A stretch of 64,000 bases of DNA from an uncultured Pelagibacteraceae bacterium (GCA_902577875.1 CACHAX010000002.1:1040-65039); one strand, 5' to 3'; shown: positions 50,053-60,078, counted from the stretch's first letter. The notes: a model not told the origin generated them from the letters alone. Program-made: numbers and translations.

Positions 50053-50420
50053 TGAAAAAAAATTCAAATTTAACTCCTGAACAAGAAAATATTTTATTCA
50101 ATGAAGCAACAGAACCTCCTGGTTCAAGTGAATTAAACAATGAAAAAAGAGAGGGCTCATACCACTGCGCCAACTGTGATACTGAATTATTTAAATCATC
50201 AACAAAATATGAAAGTGGATCAGGATGGCCATCTTTTTATAAATCTCTTCCAGATGTTTTTGAAACTAAAACTGATCACTATATTGGTTATGCTAGGACT
50301 GAGTACCATTGTAAGAAATGTGGGGGACATCATGGACATATATTTGATGATGGTCCACAACCAACAGGAAAAAGGTACTGTAATAACGGAGTTTGTTTAA
50401 TTTTTAAACCAGATAATTAA
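50052..50420 (+). CDS. msrB: Peptide-methionine (R)-sulfoxide reductase
   Basis: CANC/CKKC Zn ligands, SGSGWPSF, GHIFDDGP, RYCNN. Confidence 0.96.
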   Translation: MKKNSNLTPEQENILFNEATEPPGSSELNNEKREGSYHCANCDTELFKSSTKYESGSGWPSFYKSLPDVFETKTDHYIGYARTEYHCKKCGGHHGHIFDDGPQPTGKRYCNNGVCLIFKPDN

Positions 50421-50481
50421 TTTTATTAAAATAAAAGTAAATAAACATATACAAATGAATATATTTTTATTGAATAAAAAA

Positions 50482-50736
50482 TTATTCTAAAGAGCTTAAA
50501 AGTTTTCCAGTTTTCTCTAATTCCCTTAATTCCTGATAGCCTCCTACGTGATAGTCATCAAAAAATATTTGAGGAATAGTCCTTCTTCCATTTGCTCTCT
50601 TAGTCATTTCATCTCTAAGACCCTCTTTTGTTGATATATCAATTTCATTATAATGAAGGTTATTTCTTAATAATAATCTTTTAGCCGCATCACAAAAATT
50701 ACACATTGGGCCAGAGTAAACTGTTATATTTTTCAT
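50482..50736 (-). CDS. grxC: Glutaredoxin 3
   Basis: CNFC active site, TIPQIF, VGG. Confidence 0.9.
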   Translation of the reverse strand: MKNITVYSGPMCNFCDAAKRLLLRNNLHYNEIDISTKEGLRDEMTKRANGRRTIPQIFFDDYHVGGYQELRELEKTGKLLSSLE

Positions 50737-50768
50737 TAAGCAATATATAAGTGATGTTTCATAAATTA

Positions 50769-51068
50769 CTATAGTAAGTAATCATTTTTATTAATTTTTG
50801 ATTTAATTTGTTTTCTTGAATATTCAAATTTTTTTCTATGCTTTATACTTTGCGAACTAGCCCTTTTTCTCCAAAGTCTGAAAGAAGAAGGTTTTAAAGA
50901 TCTTCTCATTATTTTAATAACTTCACTTTCAGTCTTTCCAGTTTTTTTTTCAATTTCTTCAAAAGTAATCCGATCTGCCCATGCCGCCCATATAACCCAA
51001 TCTGGACTCTCCAAAGGGGGTTCTGGATTTTTTACTTTGGTTGTGGGTCTGTGACTTTTTTTCATCAA
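50769..51068 (-). CDS. TIGR03643/DUF2805-family protein
   Basis: AWADRITFEEI....G..E.EVIKIMRRSLKPSSFRLWRKR signature. Confidence 0.8.
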   Translation of the reverse strand: MMKKSHRPTTKVKNPEPPLESPDWVIWAAWADRITFEEIEKKTGKTESEVIKIMRRSLKPSSFRLWRKRASSQSIKHRKKFEYSRKQIKSKINKNDYLL

Positions 51069-51130
51069 AATTCAACAAATCACTAAAATTATTTTAATGC
51101 AAATACTTAAAGCTATGATATTATCACTTT

Positions 51131-51179
51131 TAGATAGTCCTATCTAGCCATCTTTAGCTCCCGGTTTTTTAGGACTATC
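51131..51179 (+). promoter_or_regulatory. Structured 5' leader upstream of the LysE/RhtB gene with an SD-sequestering stem
   Basis: Perfect 10-bp inverted repeat GATAGTCCTA (51133-51142) / TAGGACTATC (51170-51179) covering AGGA; competing local hairpin TAGATAG/CTATCTA. Confidence 0.6.
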
Positions 51180-51185
51180 CTTAAA

Positions 51186-51800
51186 ATGCTTCCCTTAGAT
51201 TTTATTCTTTTTTTACAGATCATTATTTTTATGTTCATAACTCCTGGTACACCTAGAATTGTTATTATTTCTTATTCTATGAACTACGGTGTTCAAAAAT
51301 GTGTTTGGACTGCATTGGGGGATGTGACGGCAAATATAATTCAGGCAACTTTAGTAATTTTTGTTATCGGATCTTTTTTGTCGGACAATCCAACAATATT
51401 AAATACCTTGAAATGGTTAGGTATCGCTTATTTAACTTATCTTGCATATGATATCTATAAATCGAGACCTAAAGATATAAATACAAAAGATATTTCTGAT
51501 AAAAATTTTTTTTCATTTTATAAAGATGGTTTTTTAGTTGCGGGAACAAGCCCTAAAGCTTGGATGTTTTTTCCGTTTATATTCCCACAATTTATTGATT
51601 TTAATTCTAATTATATTATTCAGTTTATTATTTTAATTACAACTTATGTCATATTAGATTTTCTTTCTTTGGTTGGCTATGCAATCTTAGCTAATAAATT
51701 AATTGTTTGGATTAAAGCTAATCCTAAAATCATAAATACAATTTCTGCTTGTGTAATAATTTTTATAGCGATAATTATTGCATTTACTCAACAATACTAA
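51186..51800 (+). CDS. LysE/RhtB family amino-acid exporter
   Basis: ITPG, LKWLG..YL.YL, GFLV...SPKA. Confidence 0.9.
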   Translation: MLPLDFILFLQIIIFMFITPGTPRIVIISYSMNYGVQKCVWTALGDVTANIIQATLVIFVIGSFLSDNPTILNTLKWLGIAYLTYLAYDIYKSRPKDINTKDISDKNFFSFYKDGFLVAGTSPKAWMFFPFIFPQFIDFNSNYIIQFIILITTYVILDFLSLVGYAILANKLIVWIKANPKIINTISACVIIFIAIIIAFTQQY

Positions 51801-51884
51801 CTAATGTTGCGTTACTACTCCCACTTGCAATTAAATAAATTTTGTTATTAATTAATTTTTTATTAATTAATTAAAGGGGAATAA

Positions 51885-53123
51885 ATGAAAATAAAAAACA
51901 TTTTAATTACATTTGTTTCTGCAATAGCATTATTATTTTCAACTTCTGTTGTATCATTTGCAAAAGTTGTTGGAGATAAGATTATTTTAGGTGCTGCAAT
52001 CTCTTTAACTGGTAAGTATTCATCTAATGGTGTTCATACTCAAAACGGCTATAACATGGCTGTTGATAGAATTAATAGCATGGGTGGAGTAAAAGTTGGA
52101 GGTAAAACTTATAAGTTTGATATTATTTATTATGACGATGAATCAAACCCAAAAAGAGCAGCTCAGCTTGCAGAAAGATTAATTTCACAAGATAAAGTAG
52201 AGTTCATGCTTGGGCCATACAGTTCAGGTTTAACAAAAGCGATCGCACCAGTAACGGAAAAATATGGTGTACCAATGGTTGAGGCTAACGGTGCTTCTAG
52301 ATCTTTGTTTACGAAAGGTTACAAATATCTATTTGCGGTATTAGCACCAGCAAACTTGTATCTTGATGTAGCAATAAGAACAGCTGTTGAGTTAAATGGT
52401 GGAAAAGGTGTAAGAATTGCACAAGCATTTGAGCAAGATGCATTCTCGCAAGACGTAAGATTAGGTATTTTAGATGCTGCTAAAGAAACTGGATCTGAAA
52501 TTATAATCGACGATAAACTTCCTAAAGAGCTTAACGATATGGCTGCTACTTTAGTTAAAGTAAAACAAATGAAGCCAGATGTATTGGTTGTTTCAGGTCA
52601 TACGAAAGGAGCTTTAACAGCAATAAGACAAATATCAGAAATGAAAGTTGATGTTCCTATGTTGGCAATGACTCACTGTGATGCTGCAAAATTATCAAAG
52701 CAACATGGTAAAAATTCTCAATATGCATTATGCGCTTCTCAGTGGCATAAAACATTAACTTACAAAGATGATTTCTTTAAAGATGGTATGACATATGCAG
52801 CAGATTTTGAAAAAGAATTTGGCTATGATCCACCATATCAATCTGCTGAGTCTTCAGCTGCGTTGTTAGTATTTAAAGATGCTTTTGAAAGAGCAAATAC
52901 TTTTGATCAGAAAAAAGTAAGAGATGCTCTTGCTGAAACTAACATGCAAACATTCTATGGAAATATTAAATTTGCACCTGGTGGTCAAAATGTTGACAAA
53001 CCAATGGTACTTTTCCAAGTAATGTGTGATGATGCTGGTAAGTGTGAAAATAAAGTTGTTGCTCCATTAAAATGGGCTTCAGCTGAGTTAATACACCCTG
53101 TACCAAAGTGGTCTGAAAGATAA
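51885..53123 (+). CDS. Liv-type ABC transporter substrate-binding protein
   Basis: Signal peptide, SLTG, YDDES.P, GPYSSG; AAGGGG Shine-Dalgarno. Confidence 0.92.
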   Translation: MKIKNILITFVSAIALLFSTSVVSFAKVVGDKIILGAAISLTGKYSSNGVHTQNGYNMAVDRINSMGGVKVGGKTYKFDIIYYDDESNPKRAAQLAERLISQDKVEFMLGPYSSGLTKAIAPVTEKYGVPMVEANGASRSLFTKGYKYLFAVLAPANLYLDVAIRTAVELNGGKGVRIAQAFEQDAFSQDVRLGILDAAKETGSEIIIDDKLPKELNDMAATLVKVKQMKPDVLVVSGHTKGALTAIRQISEMKVDVPMLAMTHCDAAKLSKQHGKNSQYALCASQWHKTLTYKDDFFKDGMTYAADFEKEFGYDPPYQSAESSAALLVFKDAFERANTFDQKKVRDALAETNMQTFYGNIKFAPGGQNVDKPMVLFQVMCDDAGKCENKVVAPLKWASAELIHPVPKWSER

Positions 53124-53135
53124 AAAAAAATAATT

Positions 53136-53165
53136 AAGCCCCCTATTTCTAGGGGGCTTTTTTTT
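53136..53165 (+). terminator. Intrinsic terminator/stabilising hairpin after the binding-protein gene
   Basis: AAGCCCCCTA-tttc-TAGGGGGCTT followed by a T tract. Confidence 0.88.
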
Positions 53166-53185
53166 ATAGAAATCAAAATTAAATT

Positions 53186-54079
53186 ATGGATTTTTTAGTC
53201 TTCCAATATCCTATGATAACTATTCAAGCATGTCTTGATGGACTTTTGCTTGGAATATTATTTGCGTTAATTGCTTATGGAATGGCACTCCAATGGGGTG
53301 TTATGAATATAATTAACATTGCACAGGGAGACCTTGTTATATTGGGTGGTTACATTGCATATTTTATGTATCTATATGGAATTCATCCAGCTTGGGGAGT
53401 AATTGTCTCTCCTATAATTATGTATTTTGTTGGAATTGCAATTTACAAATTAGTCATAAATAAAGTTGTCGATAGAGATCTATTCATCTCAATATTGGCA
53501 ACCTTTGGAATAAGCATTCTGTTTATGCAGTTAATGAACTTTGCTTTTGGAGCAGATGTTGTTTTAGCTAATTCTGGATACGGCACCACAATGTTGTTCG
53601 ATAATAATGTTGTCTTGCCAAACTCTAAAATATTTTCTGCCTTTATAAGTATTGTCTTTGCTATTTGTTTAGTAGTTTATATGAAAAGATCAAAATTAGG
53701 TCGTGCTATTAGAGCAACAGCTCAAAATGCAAGAGCAGCAAAAATTTTAGGAGTTGATACAGAAAAAGTTTATGCAGCAACATTTGGTATAAATGCTGCA
53801 CTATGTGGTGTGGCTGGAGCATTAATTTCAATAACATTTACGATCCACCCTTATATGGGATTACCATACACTATAAGATCATTTATGATTGTAATTGTTG
53901 CGGGATTAGGAAATTTACCTGGAGTAGCTATGTCAGGTATGGGATTAGGAATATTCGAGGAATTTGCAGATTACATTCTTGGTACAGAGTTTAGAATTGG
54001 TTCAGTATTTTTATTATTAGTTTTAATTTTAGTTTATAGAAGATTTAAACTTTCAAGAAAGAGAGAGTATTTAAAGTGA
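53186..54079 (+). CDS. Liv-type ABC permease (LivH-like)
   Basis: INIAQG, GRAIRATAQN, GLGN. Confidence 0.92.
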   Translation: MDFLVFQYPMITIQACLDGLLLGILFALIAYGMALQWGVMNIINIAQGDLVILGGYIAYFMYLYGIHPAWGVIVSPIIMYFVGIAIYKLVINKVVDRDLFISILATFGISILFMQLMNFAFGADVVLANSGYGTTMLFDNNVVLPNSKIFSAFISIVFAICLVVYMKRSKLGRAIRATAQNARAAKILGVDTEKVYAATFGINAALCGVAGALISITFTIHPYMGLPYTIRSFMIVIVAGLGNLPGVAMSGMGLGIFEEFADYILGTEFRIGSVFLLLVLILVYRRFKLSRKREYLK

Positions 54080-54258
54080 GAAAAGCTAAAATTAAAGACG
54101 ATAATGGCAAACTGATAGAAATAGACATTAAAAAATTTAAAAAACATTTAGATGAATATCATTCAACAGGATCTAGTCTTCATGAAGAAAATGGACATTA
54201 TTTTACAGTTGATAAAGATTTTAGAGATAAAATAGAGAGTTTGTATGAACAAAAATAG
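54076..54258 (+). CDS. Small hypothetical protein coupled between the two permease genes
   Basis: GTGA overlap with the upstream stop; overlaps the next start; fills the gap exactly. Confidence 0.65.
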   Translation: MRKAKIKDDNGKLIEIDIKKFKKHLDEYHSTGSSLHEENGHYFTVDKDFRDKIESLYEQK

Positions 54259-55297
54259 TTGGATTTTGTACATAGGAATTTTGGTATTCGGTTTAGTTGC
54301 ACCATTTATTTTTCCAGCTTTTAAAGTTCAATTATCGATTCTGTGTGTATTAATTGTCCTTGCAACGACTTGGAATATCCAAGGTGGTGAAATGGGCTAC
54401 AACACATTTGGCAATATTCTTTTTTATGGTTTGGGAATGTACCTTTGCGCATCCGTTCAAGTTGGTATGTTTTTCCCATTGGCAGAATGGACAGAAAGTG
54501 GTGGTGAAAAAACTTTCGTTCACACACCTTCACAATTCTTTCAAGGCATGGCAGCTGGTCTGGTAGTTGCCGCTGTTGTTCCTACAATAGTTGCAGGATT
54601 AATTGGTTATGCAATTTTAGGATTAAGAGGTCATTACTTTGCAATTTGTACATTAGGTTTAGGAGTTGCAGCAGGTGAAATTTCTGGTGGTATTGAAATT
54701 ATCGGAGCTGGACAGGGCTTTACTACTCCTCCTTTTCCAAATATTGGAGGTCTTGAGGCAAGAGGAGAATTTTTTTATTTTTTAAGTTTCGGTGCATTGG
54801 TACTTACATTCATTGCTGTAAGAGCAATTTATACAACAAGGTTTAGATTAATTCTTAATGCAATAAGAGATAATGAAGATAAAGCTGAAGCAATGGGAAT
54901 TGAGACTATGAAATACAAAATAACTGGATGGATGATCTCAGCTTTCTTTTGTGGTCTTGCTGGAGGAATAATGGGAGGTTTAGTTGGTTATATCGACTCA
55001 ACTGATGTTGCATTTGATGGAAGAGAAATGGGTGTATTTATGGTTTTAATGGCAATCCTAGGAGGTAAAGGAACTTTATGGGGACCAATTATCGGTGCAA
55101 CTTTATTTCATTTTTTTAAAGAAGGTTTTTGGACATTCTTCCTTGGTTGGCAGTATGTTGCATTAGGAGTTTTAATAGTGGTTATAGTAATTTATTTCCC
55201 AGAAGGATTAATGGGATGGTTGAGAGAAAAATATCCAGAAAGATTTGGTGAAGTTGTTGATGAAGCAGATCGAAAAGCACAGGTAGAATTAAAATGA
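54245..55297 (+). CDS. Liv-type ABC permease (LivM-like)
   Basis: LRGHYFAICTL, AIRDNE, GGKGTLWGP. Confidence 0.92.
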   Translation: MNKNSWILYIGILVFGLVAPFIFPAFKVQLSILCVLIVLATTWNIQGGEMGYNTFGNILFYGLGMYLCASVQVGMFFPLAEWTESGGEKTFVHTPSQFFQGMAAGLVVAAVVPTIVAGLIGYAILGLRGHYFAICTLGLGVAAGEISGGIEIIGAGQGFTTPPFPNIGGLEARGEFFYFLSFGALVLTFIAVRAIYTTRFRLILNAIRDNEDKAEAMGIETMKYKITGWMISAFFCGLAGGIMGGLVGYIDSTDVAFDGREMGVFMVLMAILGGKGTLWGPIIGATLFHFFKEGFWTFFLGWQYVALGVLIVVIVIYFPEGLMGWLREKYPERFGEVVDEADRKAQVELK

Positions 55298-56034
55298 GTA
55301 TTCTAGAAGTTAACAACGTAAGTAAATCATTTGGAGGTGTTAAAGCCAATGTAGATATTTCAATGTCGGTTAAAAAAGGAAAGATAGTTGGTCTTATAGG
55401 GCCCAATGGATCAGGAAAAACTACTTTATTTAATTCAATTGTTGGTACTTATCCAATAGACAATGGTTCAATTAAGTTTAATGGAAAAGAAGTATCAGAA
55501 TTACCGGTACCAGTAATTGCAAAACTGGGGTTATTAAGAACATTTCAACAAACCAGAATTTATGGAAAATTAAATTGTGTAGATAACATGCTTATCAGTC
55601 ACAAGGGTAGTGATGAAAGTTTGTTTAAAATTTTCTCAAAAATTCCAAAAGAGCTCACAGAGAAAGCAGAAAACCTACTTAATTTTGTTGGATTGTATCA
55701 AAAAAGAAAACTCAGGGCAGGCGACCTATCTTTTGGACAACAAAAATTATTAGAACTTGCAATGGCACTAATGAATGAGCCAGAAATGCTATTATTAGAT
55801 GAGCCAACAGCAGGTATAAATCCTACTTTAATTAATGGAATTATTGATAGACTAATCAAAGTTAATCAAGATTTTGGCATAACATTACTTGTTATTGAGC
55901 ACAATATGAGAGTAATTATGCAATTAGCTGAAAACATATTTTGCCTTGCACATGGAAAAATGCTCGCAAATGGCACACCTGAAGAAATTAAAAATGATAA
56001 AAGAGTAGTTGATGCATATTTGGGGGCTCAATAA
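55294..56034 (+). CDS. ABC ATP-binding protein (LivG-like)
   Basis: GPNGSGKTT, RTFQ, LDEP, EHNM, AYLG. Confidence 0.94.
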   Translation: MSILEVNNVSKSFGGVKANVDISMSVKKGKIVGLIGPNGSGKTTLFNSIVGTYPIDNGSIKFNGKEVSELPVPVIAKLGLLRTFQQTRIYGKLNCVDNMLISHKGSDESLFKIFSKIPKELTEKAENLLNFVGLYQKRKLRAGDLSFGQQKLLELAMALMNEPEMLLLDEPTAGINPTLINGIIDRLIKVNQDFGITLLVIEHNMRVIMQLAENIFCLAHGKMLANGTPEEIKNDKRVVDAYLGAQ

Positions 56035-56819
56035 TGTCTAGTCAATATGAAGTTTTAGGAAAAGCACCTGGTCCAGAAGATCTAAAAAACTTATCTTCTG
56101 AAGATATTCATTTAACAATAAAAAATTTGAATGCTGGATATGGTAAAATGGAAATTTTACATAATTTTGATTTATTTGTAAGCAAAGCACAATCATTATG
56201 TTTAATTGGTCCAAATGGAGCTGGAAAATCAACAATACTTCACTCAATATATGGATTTACAAATATTTTCTCAGGCAAAATAGAAATTGATGGAAAAGAA
56301 ATAACAAATTTAACTCCAGCTGAAAAATTAAAGTCAGTTGGTATAGCTTATATTCTGCAAGATAATTCAGTTTTTCCAGATATGACTGTTGAAGAAAATT
56401 TGTTAATGGGTGGTTTTATCAAAGATAAAACGGAAGAATCATATCAAGAGGCAGAAAAGATTTTAGATAAATATGAAAGATTAAGGAACAGAAGAAATCA
56501 ACCAGCAAAAGTTTTATCAGGTGGTGAAAGAAGATTATTAGAAATATCTAGAGCTTTAGTAATGAAGCCTTCAGTTCTTTTAGTTGATGAACCTTCTATT
56601 GGATTAGAGCCGAGATATATTGATATGGTATTTGAAATTTTGGGAGACTTACAAAAAAATGAAAAAAAAACAATTATTCTAGTTGAGCAAAACGCCAAAA
56701 AAGGTTTAGAGTTTTCTGATATTGGATATGTATTAGTATCCGGCCAAACTGCTATAGCAGGAAGAGGTGATGATTTACTTAAAAATGATGATGTTGGACG
56801 TCTATTTCTAGGCGGATGA
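56034..56819 (+). CDS. ABC ATP-binding protein (LivF-like)
   Basis: GPNGAGKST, LSGGE, DEPS.GL, VEQN. Confidence 0.94.
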   Translation: MSSQYEVLGKAPGPEDLKNLSSEDIHLTIKNLNAGYGKMEILHNFDLFVSKAQSLCLIGPNGAGKSTILHSIYGFTNIFSGKIEIDGKEITNLTPAEKLKSVGIAYILQDNSVFPDMTVEENLLMGGFIKDKTEESYQEAEKILDKYERLRNRRNQPAKVLSGGERRLLEISRALVMKPSVLLVDEPSIGLEPRYIDMVFEILGDLQKNEKKTIILVEQNAKKGLEFSDIGYVLVSGQTAIAGRGDDLLKNDDVGRLFLGG

Positions 56820-57520
56820 TTAATTCAAAATATTTTTTCAAAGGAATTCTTTGTGCAAAAGAATTCGATAGCCCTGCAATTGCTCTAGGTTTAAGCTTTT
56901 TAGCAATAGGTGCATTACTAAAAAATTTAGGTTTTACAATTCAAGAAAGTATTTTTTCTACTTTTTTAACTTATGCATTACCTGGTTCACTTGTGATGGC
57001 AGAATCGATTTTGATTGGCGTTTCGTTACTTAATTTATTTTTTGCAGTTTGGTTAGTTAATGCAAGATTGTATCCGATGACTGTATCTTTAATGCCATTG
57101 TTAAAGCACCAAAGTCAACCAAGATGGAAGTATTATTTATCCTGTCATTTTGTTGCAGTATCTTCGTGGTTAATTCTTAAAAATAATTATAAAGATATTG
57201 AAAAAAAATATAGAGTCGATTTTTGGATAGGAATTGGAACTGCAACTTGGTTGATAGCAATTTTTTCAACTATCTTAGGTTATTACTCTGCTGATTTCTT
57301 AAATAGAGAAATGATGATTGGATTAGCTATAATTAATCCAATTTATTTTACTTGCACAATGATAGGAGTGATGAAGTCTATACAATTAAATGTTTCAATA
57401 ATTTTAGGAGCTATCTTAGGACCTTTATTTTATTTTATTAGTCCTGATTGGTGTGTTTTGATTGGAGGCTTTATAGCTGGAACTGTTGCTTTTGTAATTG
57501 GAGAGAAAAATGTCAGCTAA
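56816..57520 (+). CDS. azlC: AzlC-family transporter subunit
   Basis: Multi-TM; LVNAR motif; followed by azlD-like gene. Confidence 0.82.
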   Translation: MINSKYFFKGILCAKEFDSPAIALGLSFLAIGALLKNLGFTIQESIFSTFLTYALPGSLVMAESILIGVSLLNLFFAVWLVNARLYPMTVSLMPLLKHQSQPRWKYYLSCHFVAVSSWLILKNNYKDIEKKYRVDFWIGIGTATWLIAIFSTILGYYSADFLNREMMIGLAIINPIYFTCTMIGVMKSIQLNVSIILGAILGPLFYFISPDWCVLIGGFIAGTVAFVIGEKNVS

Positions 57521-57836
57521 TATTGTTTTAATAATAGTTATTACATCCTTAGCAACTTATATCTCAAGGTTTTTAGGAGCTTTTACTTCTGAAATAATAG
57601 ATGAAAATACTAAAATATATAGGTGGTTTAATTATTTAGCCTATTCGACACTGGCGGCTTTAATTTCTAGAATGATAATATTTCCAGCTGGTGCACTTTC
57701 TGACAGTAATTACTTGTCCAGATTTATTGTTGTGCTTTTAGCAATACTAATTTTTAAATTAACTAAAAATAATTTAGTTTACCCAACTTTATTCTCTGCT
57801 ATCATTATGTTTTTATTAAGTAGCTTTACGATATAA
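57510..57836 (+). CDS. azlD: AzlD-family small membrane protein (start likely 57510)
   Basis: TY.SR.LG motif; downstream of azlC. Confidence 0.75.
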   Translation: MSANIVLIIVITSLATYISRFLGAFTSEIIDENTKIYRWFNYLAYSTLAALISRMIIFPAGALSDSNYLSRFIVVLLAILIFKLTKNNLVYPTLFSAIIMFLLSSFTI

Positions 57837-58343
57837 ATGAAAAAAATTATTTTACTATTGTTCTTAATTTTAATACCAGGTATTTCACAAGCAGCATGTG
57901 ATGATCCTTTAACTGATGGAGTTGATTATACTAACTGTAGATTTTCAGATGGACAAGATTTGCAAGGTAGTTATTTGCCTAACTCAAACTTATCATTCGC
58001 AAGTTTTATACAAGTAAATTTTGATAAAAGTATTATGATGAATTCTAACTTGTCATTTGGAACTTTTCCAGAGTCAACATTTGTTAGAGCTAACTTATAT
58101 GAGTCAACTCTAGTTGGTGGAAATTTCGAAAAAGCAAATTTTACAGGAGCCAATATGACAAGAGTTGATTTTATGGGCTCAACATTAATTGAATCAAATT
58201 TTCAAAATGCAAATCTAATGGAAGCTAACTTTACTTCATCGAATATGACCAATGCTAATTTTGATGGAGCAAATTTAATTGGAGCAACATGGACTAATGG
58301 TGAAACATGTGGACCAAATTCAATTGGAGTTTGTAACAAATAA
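57837..58343 (+). CDS. Exported pentapeptide-repeat protein
   Basis: Signal peptide; A(N/D)(L/F)xx repeats; terminal Cys pairs (W.NG..C...SIG.C). Confidence 0.88.
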   Translation: MKKIILLLFLILIPGISQAACDDPLTDGVDYTNCRFSDGQDLQGSYLPNSNLSFASFIQVNFDKSIMMNSNLSFGTFPESTFVRANLYESTLVGGNFEKANFTGANMTRVDFMGSTLIESNFQNANLMEANFTSSNMTNANFDGANLIGATWTNGETCGPNSIGVCNK

Positions 58344-58348
58344 TTATA

Positions 58349-59269
58349 ATGGATAACTTAGATACTATTCAAGGGTTTGATATTTCATTTAGTGATTATT
58401 CCAAAAGAATAATCAATATTAAAATTGAAGATGAAATTATAGATAAACTAATATTTCCTTTTAAAAAATTTGATATTACAGCTCTTGAATATAAACCTTT
58501 TACTAGATTTACACTTGCAAAATCTTTAGATGATTCAACGGGTGGAAAGCTAGGAAAATTTATAAACTCTATATTAAGAGATAGAGACACAGGTTGTTTC
58601 ATTATAGGACCTAAAAATAAATCCAAAAAAATTGATAACAATTTTCTTATTAAACTATCAACAGCTGTAACACACTTACTAGGAAATCCAAATTTTGATT
58701 CAATGGCCGGAAAATATTATGCGAGATTTCATGTTAAACATGAGGACAATAGCGATTCATATCTTAGAAAAGCATATACTAATATGGATCTTCATACTGA
58801 TGGAACTTACGTCAAAGAAAAAACTGATTGGTTATTAATGTTAAAAATGGAGGAAGAAAATGTTCAAGGAGGTGAAACTGCAATGTTACACCTTGATGAT
58901 TGGGAACATTTAGATAGCTTAACTAATGAAAAAGTTGGAAAACAAAACTTTATATGGGGTTCTCCAAAAAGTAAAAATGTTGATTACAAAGTGGAACATC
59001 CTGTTTTTTCAGAAGACGAAAATGGAAAACCACAAATTTCTTACATAGACCAATTTCCTGAGCCAACAAATATGGAACAAGGATTATTTCTACAAAAATT
59101 ATCAGACTCTTTAGAAGGAAGTCAAAAAAAGATTGTAATGCCTTTACCAGTTGGCTTTTCAGTAGTTGCAAATAACTATTTCTGGCTTCATGGTAGAAAA
59201 CCATTTGTAGAAAATAAAAAATTATCAAGAGAATTACTAAGAATTAGAGGTTCTTTTTTTACTAATTAA
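58349..59269 (+). CDS. csiD: CsiD/GlaH-like Fe(II)/2-oxoglutarate glutarate dioxygenase
   Basis: LEYKPF.RF, YYARF, SDSYLR, LHTDGTY (HxD), LHLDDW, WLHGR. Confidence 0.88.
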   Translation: MDNLDTIQGFDISFSDYSKRIINIKIEDEIIDKLIFPFKKFDITALEYKPFTRFTLAKSLDDSTGGKLGKFINSILRDRDTGCFIIGPKNKSKKIDNNFLIKLSTAVTHLLGNPNFDSMAGKYYARFHVKHEDNSDSYLRKAYTNMDLHTDGTYVKEKTDWLLMLKMEEENVQGGETAMLHLDDWEHLDSLTNEKVGKQNFIWGSPKSKNVDYKVEHPVFSEDENGKPQISYIDQFPEPTNMEQGLFLQKLSDSLEGSQKKIVMPLPVGFSVVANNYFWLHGRKPFVENKKLSRELLRIRGSFFTN

Positions 59270-59302
59270 TTAATTTTAGTGATAATAATCACTTAGTTTA
59301 TC

Positions 59303-60073
59303 ATGAAAATCGGATTTATTGGTACAGGACATATCTCGAAATCAGTAATCAACGGAATACTGGGGTCAAAATTAAAAATTAATAAAATAATTGTTTCAAA
59401 GAGAAATTCAAAAATTTCAAGTGAACTTAAAAGAAAAAGTAAAAAGATAAAAATATCTGCTGATAATCAGGATATTATAAATCAATCAAATTGGGTTTTT
59501 TTAGCAGTAACACCAACGATTGGAAAAATTATTCTTCCAAAATTAAAATTTAAAAAAGGTCAAACGATAATAAGTTTTATATCAACTATAAAAATGACTG
59601 AATTAAAAAAATATATTAAAGTTAAAACCAAGATTATTAGAGCAATTCCTTTGCCTCCAATTTCTCTTAGAAAAGGACCGGTACCAATTTTTCCACCTGA
59701 TAAGCAAGTTAGAAATTTTTTTAATAAGCTTGGCACATCTGTTGAAATAAAAAACGAAAACTTATCACTAAATTTTTGGTCAACTTCATCAATGATGGCA
59801 CCATTTTATGAATTACTACAAACTCTGAGTGAATGGTTGGTAAAAAGGGGAATTAATAGAAGCGACTCTCAAAAGTATATTACCTCGTTATTTATTGCTT
59901 TATCTGAAGATGCAAAAATTAATTCAAATAAAGATTTAAAAGTCCTTGTTAAAAATTCACAAACCCCAAAAGGTTTAAATGAACAAGCTGTTAAAGAATT
60001 AAGAAAACTTGGATTTTATAAATCTCTGAATAAAACAGCAAATAGCATCTTAAATAGATTAAAAAAAAAGTAA
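59303..60073 (+). CDS. Pyrroline-5-carboxylate reductase-like oxidoreductase
   Basis: IGFIGTG Rossmann motif, FLAV.P, RAIPLP, TPKGLNEQ. Confidence 0.8.
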   Translation: MKIGFIGTGHISKSVINGILGSKLKINKIIVSKRNSKISSELKRKSKKIKISADNQDIINQSNWVFLAVTPTIGKIILPKLKFKKGQTIISFISTIKMTELKKYIKVKTKIIRAIPLPPISLRKGPVPIFPPDKQVRNFFNKLGTSVEIKNENLSLNFWSTSSMMAPFYELLQTLSEWLVKRGINRSDSQKYITSLFIALSEDAKINSNKDLKVLVKNSQTPKGLNEQAVKELRKLGFYKSLNKTANSILNRLKKK

Positions 60074-60078
60074 GTAAA

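Noticed and set aside
51852-51866. TTAA-N7-TTAA resembling a CtrA box before the binding-protein gene
   Set aside because: Sits in an almost pure A/T tract of repeated TTAA; expected by chance
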